Assembly (NCBI GenBank): GCA_002104905.1
Contig: MCFE01000369.1
Coordinates: forward strand, 21,420-85,419
Direction: 5' to 3'
DNA from: Basidiobolus meristosporus CBS 931.73
Lineage: Eukaryota > Fungi > Basidiobolomycota
Length of the DNA stretch: 64,000 nucleotides
Position 1 is the first letter of the stretch; each line of letters opens with the position of its first letter. The notes under the pieces were generated by a model. It did no database searches and was not told the DNA's origin. It saw nothing but the letters and a program-made list of their open reading frames with translations. Positions 23,220 through 34,872 of this stretch are shown in pieces. A program made the translations under genes and the position numbers.

Positions 23220-26200
23220 TGTTGTAAAAAATTTGTAATTCCACCTAAATATTCACCTAACTTAGACACTTAGATTGTTACCTTCAAATTCCAGAGTATA
23301 CTGACCAAATTTCTTGTTGGAATTTACTTAAAATACTTATACAGAACATAAAAATTCTCAAAGTTGTCTAAACAGCCCAAACTCTGCACATATGTTCTTG
23401 GGACCTTCCTTAACCTATTCTATGTGTTTGTTATGACAAGACCATGCAAAGTATAAATACTACTTATACATTCAATAAATCATCAAGTGAAAACTGCATA
23501 TTCCACTTGTCCTCCCTAGCACTTCCAATATCTCCAAGACTCTTACAGCAGGTTATGAGCCCTAATTTGTCACTCTCTGCAATGTCTACTACTGGTATTA
23601 CTGGAATCTTTCCCTCCGCTGAAAAGTTGGATGGATCTAACTACCAAGTGCTGAAGGTGAAGATGAAGATGCTGTTACACAAAAGAGGCCATTGGAATAT
23701 TGTGATGGGAGAAGAATGACTCCTAAAATTGTGGGAGAAGAATCCTTAAAGTACCACAAGTAAGAACAAAGTGCCTTTAACTGCATTTGCCTTAATGTTA
23801 AAGACAAAATGCTAATTCATTGCTCAAGAGCAAATGCAGTAAAGAGTGCCTGGAAGGCATTAGAAGACTCCTACTAGTCATGTCCAGCTGCTAAGAAAAT
23901 GTATCTGAGACAAAAATTCTTTATTACAAAGATGCAGCCAGGAGAAGAAGTAAAAAATCTAATTAACAGAATCACCCTGCTGGTAGATGAGATGGAATCT
24001 GTGGTGTACCAACTACTGATGTGGATGTGATAGTTGCAATCCTGAATAGCCTGACAGACAAGTTTCAGGATCTTGTATTGGCCCTAGAGTCCAGAACTGA
24101 AGATTTGACCTTAAATTACATATATGGAAGGCTCCTGGATGAAGAATTAAGAAAATCAAGTGCAATAAGAAGGAAGAAGAAGCTGCTCTAATAAGCAGTT
24201 GTAACCAGCAAAAGAGATACCCAAGACCTTTTAGAGGCAATAGTAACCTGCTATGCAACTACTGCAAAAGGAAAGGACATACATCAGACCAGTGCTTCAA
24301 AAACAGAGATAGTCAGTAGAAAAAGCCTGAATATCAAAAAGATGCAACAACTGAAGATAGACTATTCATATCTGCACTATATATGACAGCAAACACAGAC
24401 TCTCAGATGCGGTATATTGACTCTGGAGCATCTCAACACTTTACACACAAAAAAAAACTTTTTACCCAATATCAAGAAATTCTAATCAAGAAGGTTTTCA
24501 TGAGTGACTACAGAACACCTGATGCAGGGGAGAAGGAACTATCCAAGTAAGCCTAAGAAGCAGTGAAGGAAGCCATACACTGACCTTTGAAGAAGTACTT
24601 TATGTACCAGAAATAGCCCAGAACCTACTATCTATAAGCAAGGCCACAGCAAAAGGACTCAGTTTTGGCTTTGACAATTCTGGATGCAGGATCACCTATC
24701 AAGATGTAGCCCATATTGCTTTGGGTATCATAGATCAGAATCTATACAAGTTGACTTATATTCCATCATATCTGGAATCCAATATAAGTAACTTAAATGA
24801 AGAAACACCAATGCTTTGGCACAGGAGATGTGGGCACATCAATCTTGATTATTTGTGCAAAATGATCAAAGATTGGCTAATTTCTGGAGTAAAAATTGAT
24901 CCCCAGCTAATTTGGAGCACTGTGAGGCCTGCATATATGGGAAATAAGTCAGAAATCTGTTCAAGAGCTCTGGGTTAATCAAAACTAAGAAAAAATTAGA
25001 TCTAATTCAATCAGATCTGTGTGGACCTATGCAAAATTTATCCTTAGGCAGGATGAAGTATTTACTCACTTTTATCAATGATTATACAAGATACACATGG
25101 GTCTACTTCATGGAGTGAAGCTAAGAGGCTCTGTCAAAGTTCAGGGTGTTCAAAGTCATGGTGGAGAGAGAAACTAGTGAAAAATTAAGAAATATGCTCC
25201 AAAAATGGTGGAGAATATACCTTAAAACTCTTCATCCACTTCTGTAAAATTCATGGGATAAAGCAAGAGACTACTGTGCCATACTCCCTATAGCAAAATG
25301 AAGTAGCAGAATGTGCCAACAGATCAATAATTGAAATGGCATGATCAATGATCCATGATCAAAAATTATCCCTTGATATTTGGCAGAGTTAGTTGCCACA
25401 GCTGTATACCCTAAAAATATGAGTTATAACAGAATACTTTGTGATTCTACTTCATTTGAAGCATGGTATGGATACAAAGCAAGTGCAGAACATCTAAGAA
25501 TATTGGGGTGTACAGCATATGCCAAGAAACTGCACAACAATTAGTTAAAACTTGAACCAAAAAGTGTAAAATGCATATTTTTGGGCAACTGCAATGAGAG
25601 TAAAGCTTACAGACTCTACAATGCCAAAGCAAGGAAACTAATCAAGTCCAGGGATGTGTTTTTTGATGAAAATTCAAGTTTTTCACAAAAAATGACATCA
25701 GAGGATGACAAAAATTTGATCTCAGGTCCACCAATTGTCAGGATTGAATCAGAGCAAAACAATGAAAACTTTTTCACTCCAGAGGACTCTACAGCCATGT
25801 TTCAGCCAGAATCAGTGCCCAGGAATATCCCAGAAGTGATCATTCCAGTATCAAATGCCTGGAGATCCAATTGGACAAGAAATAGCCCAAATTACTATAT
25901 CAATGAGGGTACAAACTTAGCCTATGCCTATTCAGTCCAAATTGATGAGCCCCAGACTGATAAAGAGGCCCTAAATAGCCCTCAGACAAAGTTTTGGAGA
26001 TCAGCAATGACTGAGGAATATCAGGCCCTAATGGAAGTTCAAACTTGGGACTTGGTCAAATTATCAATCAACCAAAAATCAATTGGATGCAGATGGGCTT
26101 TTAAGACAAAATACAAGGCTGATGGTACAATAGAAAGATACAAAGCAGGACTTGTGGCCAAAGGATACTCCCAAATAAAAGGACTTGACTATACTGAGAC

Positions 26201-26912
26201 CTTTGCACCAGTAGCCAAGTTTAATTCCATCAGACTAATATTAGCTATTGCAGCTAAATGTAAGCTTTCTATTCCTCAAGTGAATGTAAAAACTGCATTT
26301 TTGAATGGAGAACTTGATGAGGATTTGTATATAGACCAGCCTGATGAATTTGCTAACAATGATAACCCCCAATTGGTCTGCAAGCTTAAAAAGTCTGTAG
26401 GTGTCAAACAATCACCAAGAGCCTGGAATTGCAAGATAGGTTCTTATTTGGAATCTTTGAGTTTCAAAAGCAGTAATGCTGAGTATAGTGTATACTATAA
26501 GCCAGATAGAGCAAATCCAGTTCTATTAGCTCTGATATGTGGATGATCTTATTATAGTCACCAATAATCTAGCAATATTGGAAGAGACTAAATCCAGCCA
26601 ATCTAAGGAGTTCAAGATGTCCAATCTAGGAGAACTCAGCTACTGCTTAGGGATTAAGTTTGCCATAGACAGAAGTACACAGACTATTACCCTAAGCCAA
26701 TCAAAGTATTTTCAAGATATACTAAGGAAATCCCAAATGGAAGACTGTAAACCGGCAGCTACCCCAATGGAGACAAACCTCAACTTGGTCAAAACTAAAC
26801 CAAATCAAGAGAGCTTAGTGCCCTCTGAAACCCTGACTTTCCTTATCACTCTATGGTAGGCAGTCTGATGTATATCATGTCCGATGAACATCCAGATATC
26901 TCATTCAGTGGG
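23220..26912 (+). mobile_element. Degenerate Copia copy (5' LTR 23220-23550, PBS, gag-PR-IN-RT), 3'-truncated
   Basis: LTR TGTTGTAAAAA..TTACAGCA, then PBS GGTTATGAGCC at 23551. Many stops; RT peptides KYKADGTIERYKAGLVAKGY and VKQSPRAWN. Ends at about 26912, where CACTA sequence begins. Confidence 0.9.
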
Positions 26913-28728
26913 TTAGGATATCATTTTGCCACAGAGAGAACATTCAGAAGTCAGCATGCAATTGCAGCAAAGTTGGCAAGCTATTAGCCATTTGCTGGAA
27001 TATGGAATCAGTTGGAAATCAGACATACTTAAGATAATAGGTATCTGCTGGAGCAACAACATTCCACTGGGAGCAATGCATTTGTTTTCAATAATATCCC
27101 TATACTGAAGACCAAGATGCACATGGGGCATTTCAACCTAAGTGAGCCCATTGAGATATGGAGAAACTTAAAAGAATTGGCAAGATATTACAGAGTATCC
27201 ACTACCCTAAGTACTTCTCACGGGTGCCAATTAATATTCATATGCATAAGCAACAATACAAATGCAAAGACTGGATGAACTGGATATGTATTTATTCAAG
27301 TGGCATTCTGAAGCCATTCCTACCAAGAGTACATTGGAATTATTGGGTGTCAAATATGGACATTGTAGAATATTTTTCCAGAAGCAGATCACCAATGCCA
27401 ACCTGATGCATCTACAGCTGTTGGGCAAGGAGTTTGTGACAGGACTTGAGCGGCTTTAGTACAAACATAAAGCTGAAAATGTAGATTTTTCACCAACTGT
27501 ATCCATTCTCTACTCCATCTTGCATGGTGTGTGGAGAATATTGGGGCTTGCTTGACCTTTTGGGAGTTTCCTATGGAGCGGATGTGTTGGGAGACAGCAA
27601 GACAAGTCAAGTTGCAGGTGCTACCATATACCAATCTCATCAAGAATATTACCTTCAAGTCCATGATGGATGTAATGAGTTGGCACATGAGAGACAGCCA
27701 GAAATAGTTGGAAAATACTGAGGACAGATGCACACATGGAGACACCTATGCCAATAACATTAAGAAGCTAAGAACACCCAATGTGTCAGTAATCAGTTAA
27801 GTAATGCAAAGTTGGGTCAGGTGCAACAAGTAGCTAATCTTTATTAAGAGAACTCTACCAAGGTATGCCAGATCTCTCATGGTCACAAGCTAATTTCTAC
27901 TGCATTCAACAAAGAACTCACACAAACAAGAGCCAAAAGTACTTATATAGGGGACTAGAATCCAACAAGGAGAAGCAATATATTGGCTGAGTACCAAGAA
28001 GTTCTTTGCGGATATTCAGGAGGCACTCATGGTAGAAGTGGCAACAACCAAGCATATGTTTGCAAGATGTATGTGTTACCAGCAGTACAAGGTATATGGC
28101 TACTTTGCAAGTATCCAACTAAAAAGCTGTAAAGTTGAGGTGATAGAAGTATCTCAATTGCAGCAGGTGTGCATGTTTGTAGAGGTTATTAAGCAGGAGG
28201 CCATAGTTTTTTTTGATTTAAGCCATATGTGGAATACCCAAGGTAGTAGTGGATAGCAAATAAAAAGGGGCAATTCTACAGTGGAATATATGAATTGCAC
28301 ATGGGGAGGTAGAAAAAGGAAATACCATATGGTATATTGGTACAGTGGCATTATAGAGATCTTGTTGTAGGCCATCATACTGCCATTATAATGCCATCAG
28401 AATCTTGCCATGAGGCTGTTAAAATACCATCAAAAACTCTGCCATATAAGGCAAATGAATGTCCTGGCCAGTAGGATCCACTCAAAGTAGCTGTAGAGCA
28501 CAATAAGACTGCTACAATGCCATGTAATTATTGTCACATCACTAATCAAATCCTGTCAAGTTTTATCACTTTGGCAGTAGAATTAGCAAAGCGCTGTTGT
28601 GATCCCATAATAAGATTGTTAAGAGGGCCACTAATTCCAAGCTGCTGATATTTTGACGGTCTCTAAGCAGGAACCTGATGGCTGATCTGGATTGAATCTA
28701 CCCGTGGACTAAATTATTTTTCATAGGG
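26913..28728 (+). mobile_element. CACTA fragment: 3' half of transposase and right TIR
   Basis: Peptides NNIPLGAMHLFSII and YKCKDWMNWICIYSSGILKPFLP; TIR AAATTATTTTTCATAGGG ending 28728. Confidence 0.8.
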
Positions 28729-30154
28729 TTATATAATAGCGTTACATTGTCAAACTGTTTGCCCATAGACAAGACTACTTTGAATCAATACTGTAAGAGT
28801 AGAGAAAAAGGATTATATGGCTATTACAGCAAGTCTCTCAGACACAAAGGACACAGCCAGCATAGGAAGTATTACAAGGATCACGGCCAGTGTCTTGGCA
28901 CACAATTCATATTTGACCATTCACCAAGTACTACTGTACCACCAATACCCTGAGGAAAATTGCAGTGGTGCTCCTAACAAAAGGCTGTCAGAGATTCTCA
29001 GTCACATAGCTAAGAGGTACTAAATCCATCAGGACACTGTGCAAACACCATCAAAAAATAATGGCACCCCAGATATCATAAAAAACTTGGTCAAATTTTC
29101 ATCACAACTATACAAAAGTGGCTTTTGATTGGTTTTCTGCCAATTTTCTCATTCCCTGATCCTGGACACTTTAACTTCCAACATTTGTGTGTATTGATTA
29201 GCTATTGCCTCTTTTTCACACTTCTTACTACCTGACTCAACCGCTTCTCTTATTTTTCATTCATACAAATTTATTTATTTCCGTTGAAACTTCAATTGTA
29301 CATCACTTACCAATTGTATTGACCTATCCAAGTCCTTATATGCTACACTAACATTAACCCCAAACCCACACTGAACAAGTAACTCCATTAAGAACCCACC
29401 ACTCACTAAGTATTTCTGCTGTAACGCTCTGTTTCCACTGCATTAGCCAGAGCCCTATGGCTTTATGCCATTGATCATTTGCAGGTTCCCATACACCCTG
29501 ACCTTCAGCTAGCACTGCAAGGTCTAGCTTCTCATCTGCCAGTCTGCAAGAAGTCTATGCAATATGCAAGTGAATTTTCTTAAGCACTGCTCTTGAAGAA
29601 GTGCCTCAGCTTCTTGGTGTGCCTATAAGTGTTCCAAATTTCACTAAAGGCAATGTGATAACCTTTTGAGTTATTGACATTGTTACTTTTTCTGTCAATG
29701 GGATCCACACTCTGTCACAATGGAAGATGTGGAGGCTGTGGCAGACAAATTGCCTTTCTCTGCAAAATCATTTACCCAATGGAGTGTAGCTACTGTTGTA
29801 AGAGTCTTGGAGATATTGGAAGTGATTTGGAGAACAAGTAGATTATGTGGTTTTCACTTAATCATTTATTGAATGTAAAAGTAGTATTTATACTTTTACA
29901 TGGTCTTGGCATTACAAACACGTAGAATAGGCTAAGGAAGGTCCCAAGAACATGTGTGCAAAGTTTGGGGCTGTTTGGACAACTTTGAGAATTTTCATGT
30001 TCTGGGTACCTGGTATTTTGGTGAAAATATTCTAAGTAAATCCCGACAAGGAATTTGGTCAGTGTTCTCTAGGATTTGAAGGTGATGATCTAAGTGACTA
30101 AGTTAGGTGAATACTTAGGTGGAAAATACAAATTTTTACAACACTCCCACTCAG

Positions 30155-33100
30155 CTAAATGTTCATACTAACTAGTCCTAATTTTGACCTAAGATATTCA
30201 AACTTGTCTCTAGCTAATGGTTTGGTAAATATGTCTGCAATCATTTCATCTGTAGGACAGTAAACTAAGCTAACTAAGTTGTTCTCTATAGCTTCACGTA
30301 TGAAATGATGTCTAATATCTATGTGCTTGGTTCTAGCATGAAAAGTTGGATTTCTACCTAATTGTATACATCCTTGATTATCTTGAAATAAAGTAATAGG
30401 CGTTTTTTGACATAGGCCTAAATCTGTAAAGAGCTTTCTTAACCACATTGCTTCTTTTGTAGCTTCACAGGCTGCCATATACTCTGCCTCTGTAGTAGAA
30501 AGTGCTACGGTTGGTTGCTTTCTTGAATTCCATGAAATTGCTCCTTGACAGTAAAGAAAGGTGTATCCTGTGGTGGATCTTCTGTCTTCTAAATTTCGTC
30601 CCCAATCTGCATCAGAGTATTCCACAAGATCTTGTTCTGAGTCCTTATAAGTGTATCTTAGGCAGATATCAGCAGTTCCTTTTAGGTATCTAAAAATCCG
30701 CTTAACTGCTGCAATATGATCAGATCCATAGCTCTGATTATGTTGGCTGACAACTCCCACTGAATATGAGATATCTGGACGTGTTCCAAGCATGATATAC
30801 ATCAGACTGCCGACCATAGATTGATAAGGAAAGTCAGGGCTTTCAGATGGCACCAAGCTCTCTTGATTTGGTTGAGTTTTGACCAAGTTAAGGTTTGTCT
30901 CCATTGGGGTAGCTGCCGGTTTACAGTCTTCCATTTTGTACTTCTTTAGTATATCTTGAATATACTTGGATTGGCTTAGGGTAATAGTCTGGGTACTTCT
31001 GTCTATGGAGAACTTAATCCCTAAGTAGTAACTAAGTTCTCCTAGATCGGACATCTTGAACTCCTTAGATAGGCTGGATTTAGTCTCTTCCAATGTTTCT
31101 AGGTTATTGGCAGCTATAATAAGATCATCCACATATAGAGCTAATAGAACTGGATTTGCTCTATCTGGCTTATAGTATATACTATAGTCAGCATTACTCC
31201 TTTTGAAACTCAAAGATTCCAAATAAGAATCTATCTTGCAATTCCAGGCTCTTGGTGATTGTTTGAGACCATATAGTGACTTTTTAAGCTTGCAGACCAA
31301 ATGGGGGTTATCTTGGTCAACAAACCCATCAGGCTGGTCCATATACACGTCCTCATCAAGTTCTCCATTCAAAAATGCAGTTTTTACATCCATTTGATGA
31401 ATAAAAAACTTATATTTGGCTGCAATAGCCAATATTAATCTGATGGAATTAAACTTGGCTACCAGTGCAAAGGTCTCAGTATAGTCAAGTCCTTTTGTTT
31501 GAGAGTATCCTTTGGCTACAAGTCTTGCTTTGTATCTTTCAATTGTACCATCAGCCTTGTATTTTGTCTTGAAGACCCATCTGCATCCAATTGATTTTCG
31601 GTTGATTGGTAATTTGACTAAGTCCCAAGTTTGATTTTCCATCAGGGCCTGATATTCCTCAGTCATTGCAGAGCTCCAAAACTTTGTCTGAGGGCTATTT
31701 AGGGCCTCTTTTACAGTCTGGGGTTCATCAACATGGACTGAATAGGCATAGGCTAAGTTTGTACCCTCATTGATATAGTAATTTGGGCTATTTCTTGTCC
31801 GATTGGATCTCCAGGCATTTGATACTGGAATGATCACTTCTGGGATATTCCTGGACACTGATTCTGGCTGAACCACGGTTGTAGAGTCCTCTGGAGTGAA
31901 AAAATTTTCATTGTTTTGCTCTGATTCAATCCTGACAATTGGTGGACTTGAGATCAAATTTTTGTCATCATCTGATGTCATTTTTTGTGAAAATTTTGAA
32001 TTTTCATCAAACAACACATCCCTGGACTTGATAAGCTTCTTTGCTTTGGTATTGTAGAGTCTGTATGCCTTACTCTCATTGCAGTAGCCCAAAAATATGC
32101 ATTTTACACTTTTTGGCTCAAATTTTGACTGATTTCCGGCCAGTTTTTTGGCATATGCTGTGCACCCAAATATTCTTAGATGTTCTGCACTTGGTCTGTA
32201 TCCATACCATGCTTCAAATGGAGTAGAATCACGAAGTATTCTGTTATAACTCCTATTTTTAAGGTATACAGCAGTGGCAACTGATTCCGCCCAAAAATCA
32301 TAGGATAATTTTTGATCATGGATCATAGATCTTGCCATATCAATTATTGATCTGTTAGCTCGTTCTGCTACTCCATTTTGCTGTGGGGAGTATGGTACAG
32401 TAGTCTCTTGCTTTATCCCATGAATTTTGCAGAAGTGGATGAAGAGTTTTGAGGTATATTCTCCACCATTGTCAGAGCGTATTTTCTTGATTTTTTCACC
32501 AGTTTCTCTCTCCACCATAGCTTTAAACTCCCTGAGCTTAGACAGAGCTTCTTCCTTTCTCTCCATGAAGTAGACCCATGTGTATCTTGTATAATCATCA
32601 ATAAAAGTGATTAAATACTTCATCCCGCCTAAGGATAAATTTTGCATAGGTCCACACAGATCTGAGTGAATTAGATCTAATTTTTTCTTAGTTTTGATTA
32701 ACCCAGAGCTCTTGAACGGTTGTCTGGCTTGTTTCCCATATATGCAGGCTTCACAGTGCTCCAAATTAGCTGGGGGATCAATTTTCACTCCAGAAATTAG
32801 CTGATCTTTGATCATTTTGCGCAAATAATCAAAATTGATGTGTCCAAATCTCCTGTGCCAAAGCATTGGTGTTTCTTCATTTAAGTTACTTATATTGGCT
32901 TCCAGATATGATGGAATATAAGTCAACTTGTATAGGTTCTGATCTCTGATGCCCGAAGCAATATGAGCACCATTTTGATCAGTGATCCTGCATCCAGAAT
33001 TGTCAAAACTGAAACTGAGTCCTTCTGCTGTGGCCTTGCTTACAGAGAGTAGGTTCTTGGCTATTTCTGGTACATAGAGTACTTCTTTAAAGGTCAGTGT

Positions 33101-34126
33101 ATGGCTTCCTTCACTGCTTCTAAGGTTTACTTGGATAGTTCCTTCTCCCACTGCATCAAGTGTTCTATCGTCACCCATGAAAACCTTCTTAATTGGAATT
33201 TCTTGATATTGGGTAAAAAGTTCTTTTTGGTGTGTAAAGTGTTGAGAAGCTCCAGAGTCAATATACCACGTCTGAGAATCCTTGTTTGTGGTCATATTTA
33301 GTGCAGATATGAATAGTCTATCTTCAGTTGTTGCAGCATTTCCATATTCAGGCTTCTTTTGCTGATAATCTCTCTTTTTGAAACACCGGTCTGATGTGTG
33401 TCCTTTCCTTTTGCAGTAGTTGCAAAATAGGTTGCTGTTGCCTTTGTAGGGTCTTGGGTACCTCCTTTGTTGGTTATCATTGCTTATTAAAGCATTTTCT
33501 TCTTCCTTCTTATTGGCGCTTGATTTTCTTAATTCTTCATCCAGGAGCCTTCCATATACGTAATTTAAGGTCAAATCTTCAGTTCTGGACTCTAGGGCTG
33601 ATACAAGGCCCTGAAACTTGTCTGTCAGGCTATTCAGGATGGTAACTATCACATCCTCATCAGTAGTTGGTACGCCCACAGATTCCATCTCATCTACCAG
33701 CAGGGTAATTCTGTTAATTAGATTTTTCATTTCTTCTCCTGGCAGCATCTTTGTAGTAAAGAATTTTCTTCTCAGATACATTTTCTTGGCAGCTGAACAT
33801 GACTGGTAGGTGTCTTCTAATGCCTTCCAGGCATTCTTTGCCGTTTTTGCTCTTGAGCATTGAATTAGCAATTTGTCCTTGACATTAAGGCAAATGCAGT
33901 TAAAGGCACTTTGTTCTTTCTTCTGGTACTTTAAGGCTTCCTCTCCCACGTTTTTAGGAGGGCATTCTTCTCCCATGACAATATCCCAAAGGCCTCTTTC
34001 TTGTAGCAGCATCTTCATCTTCACCTTCCACACTTGGTAGTTAGATCCATCCAACTTTTCAGCAGAGGGAAAAATTCCAGTAATAGCAGTAGTAGACATT
34101 GCAGAGAGTGACAGCTCGGGGCTCAT
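30155..34126 (-). CDS. Copia gag-PR-IN-RT-RNaseH polyprotein (about 1323 aa from the ATG at 34126)
   Basis: No stop between 34126 and 30155. Motifs: Zn knuckle CNYCKRKGHTSDRC, WYIDSGAS, WHRRFGH, HSDLCGP, SDNGGEY, PQQNGVAER, QMDVKTAFLNG, LYVDDL, YSDADW, KHIDIRHHFIRE. The ORF-track start at 34258 lies inside the LTR. The start could also be the ATG at 34099. Confidence 0.95.
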   Translation of the reverse strand: MSPELSLSAMSTTAITGIFPSAEKLDGSNYQVWKVKMKMLLQERGLWDIVMGEECPPKNVGEEALKYQKKEQSAFNCICLNVKDKLLIQCSRAKTAKNAWKALEDTYQSCSAAKKMYLRRKFFTTKMLPGEEMKNLINRITLLVDEMESVGVPTTDEDVIVTILNSLTDKFQGLVSALESRTEDLTLNYVYGRLLDEELRKSSANKKEEENALISNDNQQRRYPRPYKGNSNLFCNYCKRKGHTSDRCFKKRDYQQKKPEYGNAATTEDRLFISALNMTTNKDSQTWYIDSGASQHFTHQKELFTQYQEIPIKKVFMGDDRTLDAVGEGTIQVNLRSSEGSHTLTFKEVLYVPEIAKNLLSVSKATAEGLSFSFDNSGCRITDQNGAHIASGIRDQNLYKLTYIPSYLEANISNLNEETPMLWHRRFGHINFDYLRKMIKDQLISGVKIDPPANLEHCEACIYGKQARQPFKSSGLIKTKKKLDLIHSDLCGPMQNLSLGGMKYLITFIDDYTRYTWVYFMERKEEALSKLREFKAMVERETGEKIKKIRSDNGGEYTSKLFIHFCKIHGIKQETTVPYSPQQNGVAERANRSIIDMARSMIHDQKLSYDFWAESVATAVYLKNRSYNRILRDSTPFEAWYGYRPSAEHLRIFGCTAYAKKLAGNQSKFEPKSVKCIFLGYCNESKAYRLYNTKAKKLIKSRDVLFDENSKFSQKMTSDDDKNLISSPPIVRIESEQNNENFFTPEDSTTVVQPESVSRNIPEVIIPVSNAWRSNRTRNSPNYYINEGTNLAYAYSVHVDEPQTVKEALNSPQTKFWSSAMTEEYQALMENQTWDLVKLPINRKSIGCRWVFKTKYKADGTIERYKARLVAKGYSQTKGLDYTETFALVAKFNSIRLILAIAAKYKFFIHQMDVKTAFLNGELDEDVYMDQPDGFVDQDNPHLVCKLKKSLYGLKQSPRAWNCKIDSYLESLSFKRSNADYSIYYKPDRANPVLLALYVDDLIIAANNLETLEETKSSLSKEFKMSDLGELSYYLGIKFSIDRSTQTITLSQSKYIQDILKKYKMEDCKPAATPMETNLNLVKTQPNQESLVPSESPDFPYQSMVGSLMYIMLGTRPDISYSVGVVSQHNQSYGSDHIAAVKRIFRYLKGTADICLRYTYKDSEQDLVEYSDADWGRNLEDRRSTTGYTFLYCQGAISWNSRKQPTVALSTTEAEYMAACEATKEAMWLRKLFTDLGLCQKTPITLFQDNQGCIQLGRNPTFHARTKHIDIRHHFIREAIENNLVSLVYCPTDEMIADIFTKPLARDKFEYLRSKLGLVSMNI

Positions 34127-34130
34127 AACC
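34119..34130 (-). promoter_or_regulatory. Primer-binding site complementary to the anticodon arm of initiator tRNA-Met (half-tRNA priming)
   Basis: GGTTATGAGCCC directly after the 5' LTR is the complement of GGGCUCAUAACC in fungal tRNA-iMet (established for copia/Ty5-type elements). The same PBS occurs at 12475 and 23551. Confidence 0.9.
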
Positions 34131-34524
34131 TGTTGTAAGAGTCTTGGAGATATTGGAAGTGATTTGGAGAACAAGTAGATTATGTGGTTTTCACTTAATG
34201 ATTTATTGAATGTAAAAGTAGTATTTATACTTTTACATGGTCTTGGCATTACAAACACGTAGAATAGGTTAAGGAAGGTCCCAAGAACATGTGTGCAAAG
34301 TTTGGGGCTGTTTGGACAACTTTGAGAATTTTCATGTTCTGGGTACCTGGTATTTTGGTGAAAATATTCTAAGTAAATCCCGACAAGGAATTTGGTCAGT
34401 ATTCTCTAGGATTTGAAGGTGATGATCTAAGTGACTAAGTTAGGTGAATATTTAGGTGGAAAATACAAATTTTTACAACAGCTACACTGGCTACATGTCC
34501 AACTCATGTGAGAGCAGCTGTTTT

Positions 34525-34872
34525 TGTTGTAAAAATTCGTATTTCCACCTAAATATTCACCTAACTTAGTCACTTAGATCATCACCTTCAAATTCTAGAG
34601 AATACTGACCAAATTCCTTGTTGGGATTTACTTAGAATATTATCACCAAAATACCAGGTACCCAGAACATGAAAATTCTCAAAGTTGTCCAAACAGCCCC
34701 AAACTTTGCACACATGTTCTTGGGACCTTCCTTAACCTATTCTACATGTTTGTAATGCCAAGATCAGGTAAAAGTATAAATACTACTTTTAATTCAATGA
34801 ATCATTAAGTGAAAACCACACAATCTACTTGTTCTCCCAATCACTTCCAATGTCTCCAAGACTCTTACAACA
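34525..34872 (+). repeat. Copia solo LTR with TSD
   Basis: TGTTGTAA..TTACAACA, 348 bp, flanked by GTTTT at 34520-34524 and 34873-34877. Confidence 0.97.

Larger units (their letters stand above)
29794..34480 (-). mobile_element. Young full-length Ty1/Copia element with uninterrupted gag-pol ORF
   Basis: LTRs 29794-30143 and 34131-34480 (350 bp, 4 mismatches by eye). 5-bp TSD GCTAC at 29789-29793 and 34481-34485. PBS at 34119-34130; PPT immediately inside the 3' LTR at 30144. Confidence 0.98.

Noticed and set aside
34127-34258. 44-codon N-terminal extension of the Copia ORF into the LTR (also ORFs starting at 12347, 16678, 23444)
   Set aside because: Its GTG/ATG lie upstream of the LTR TATA-like box (gtataaata), so they should not be in the genomic RNA. 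The ATG inside the PBS simply mirrors the tRNA anticodon.
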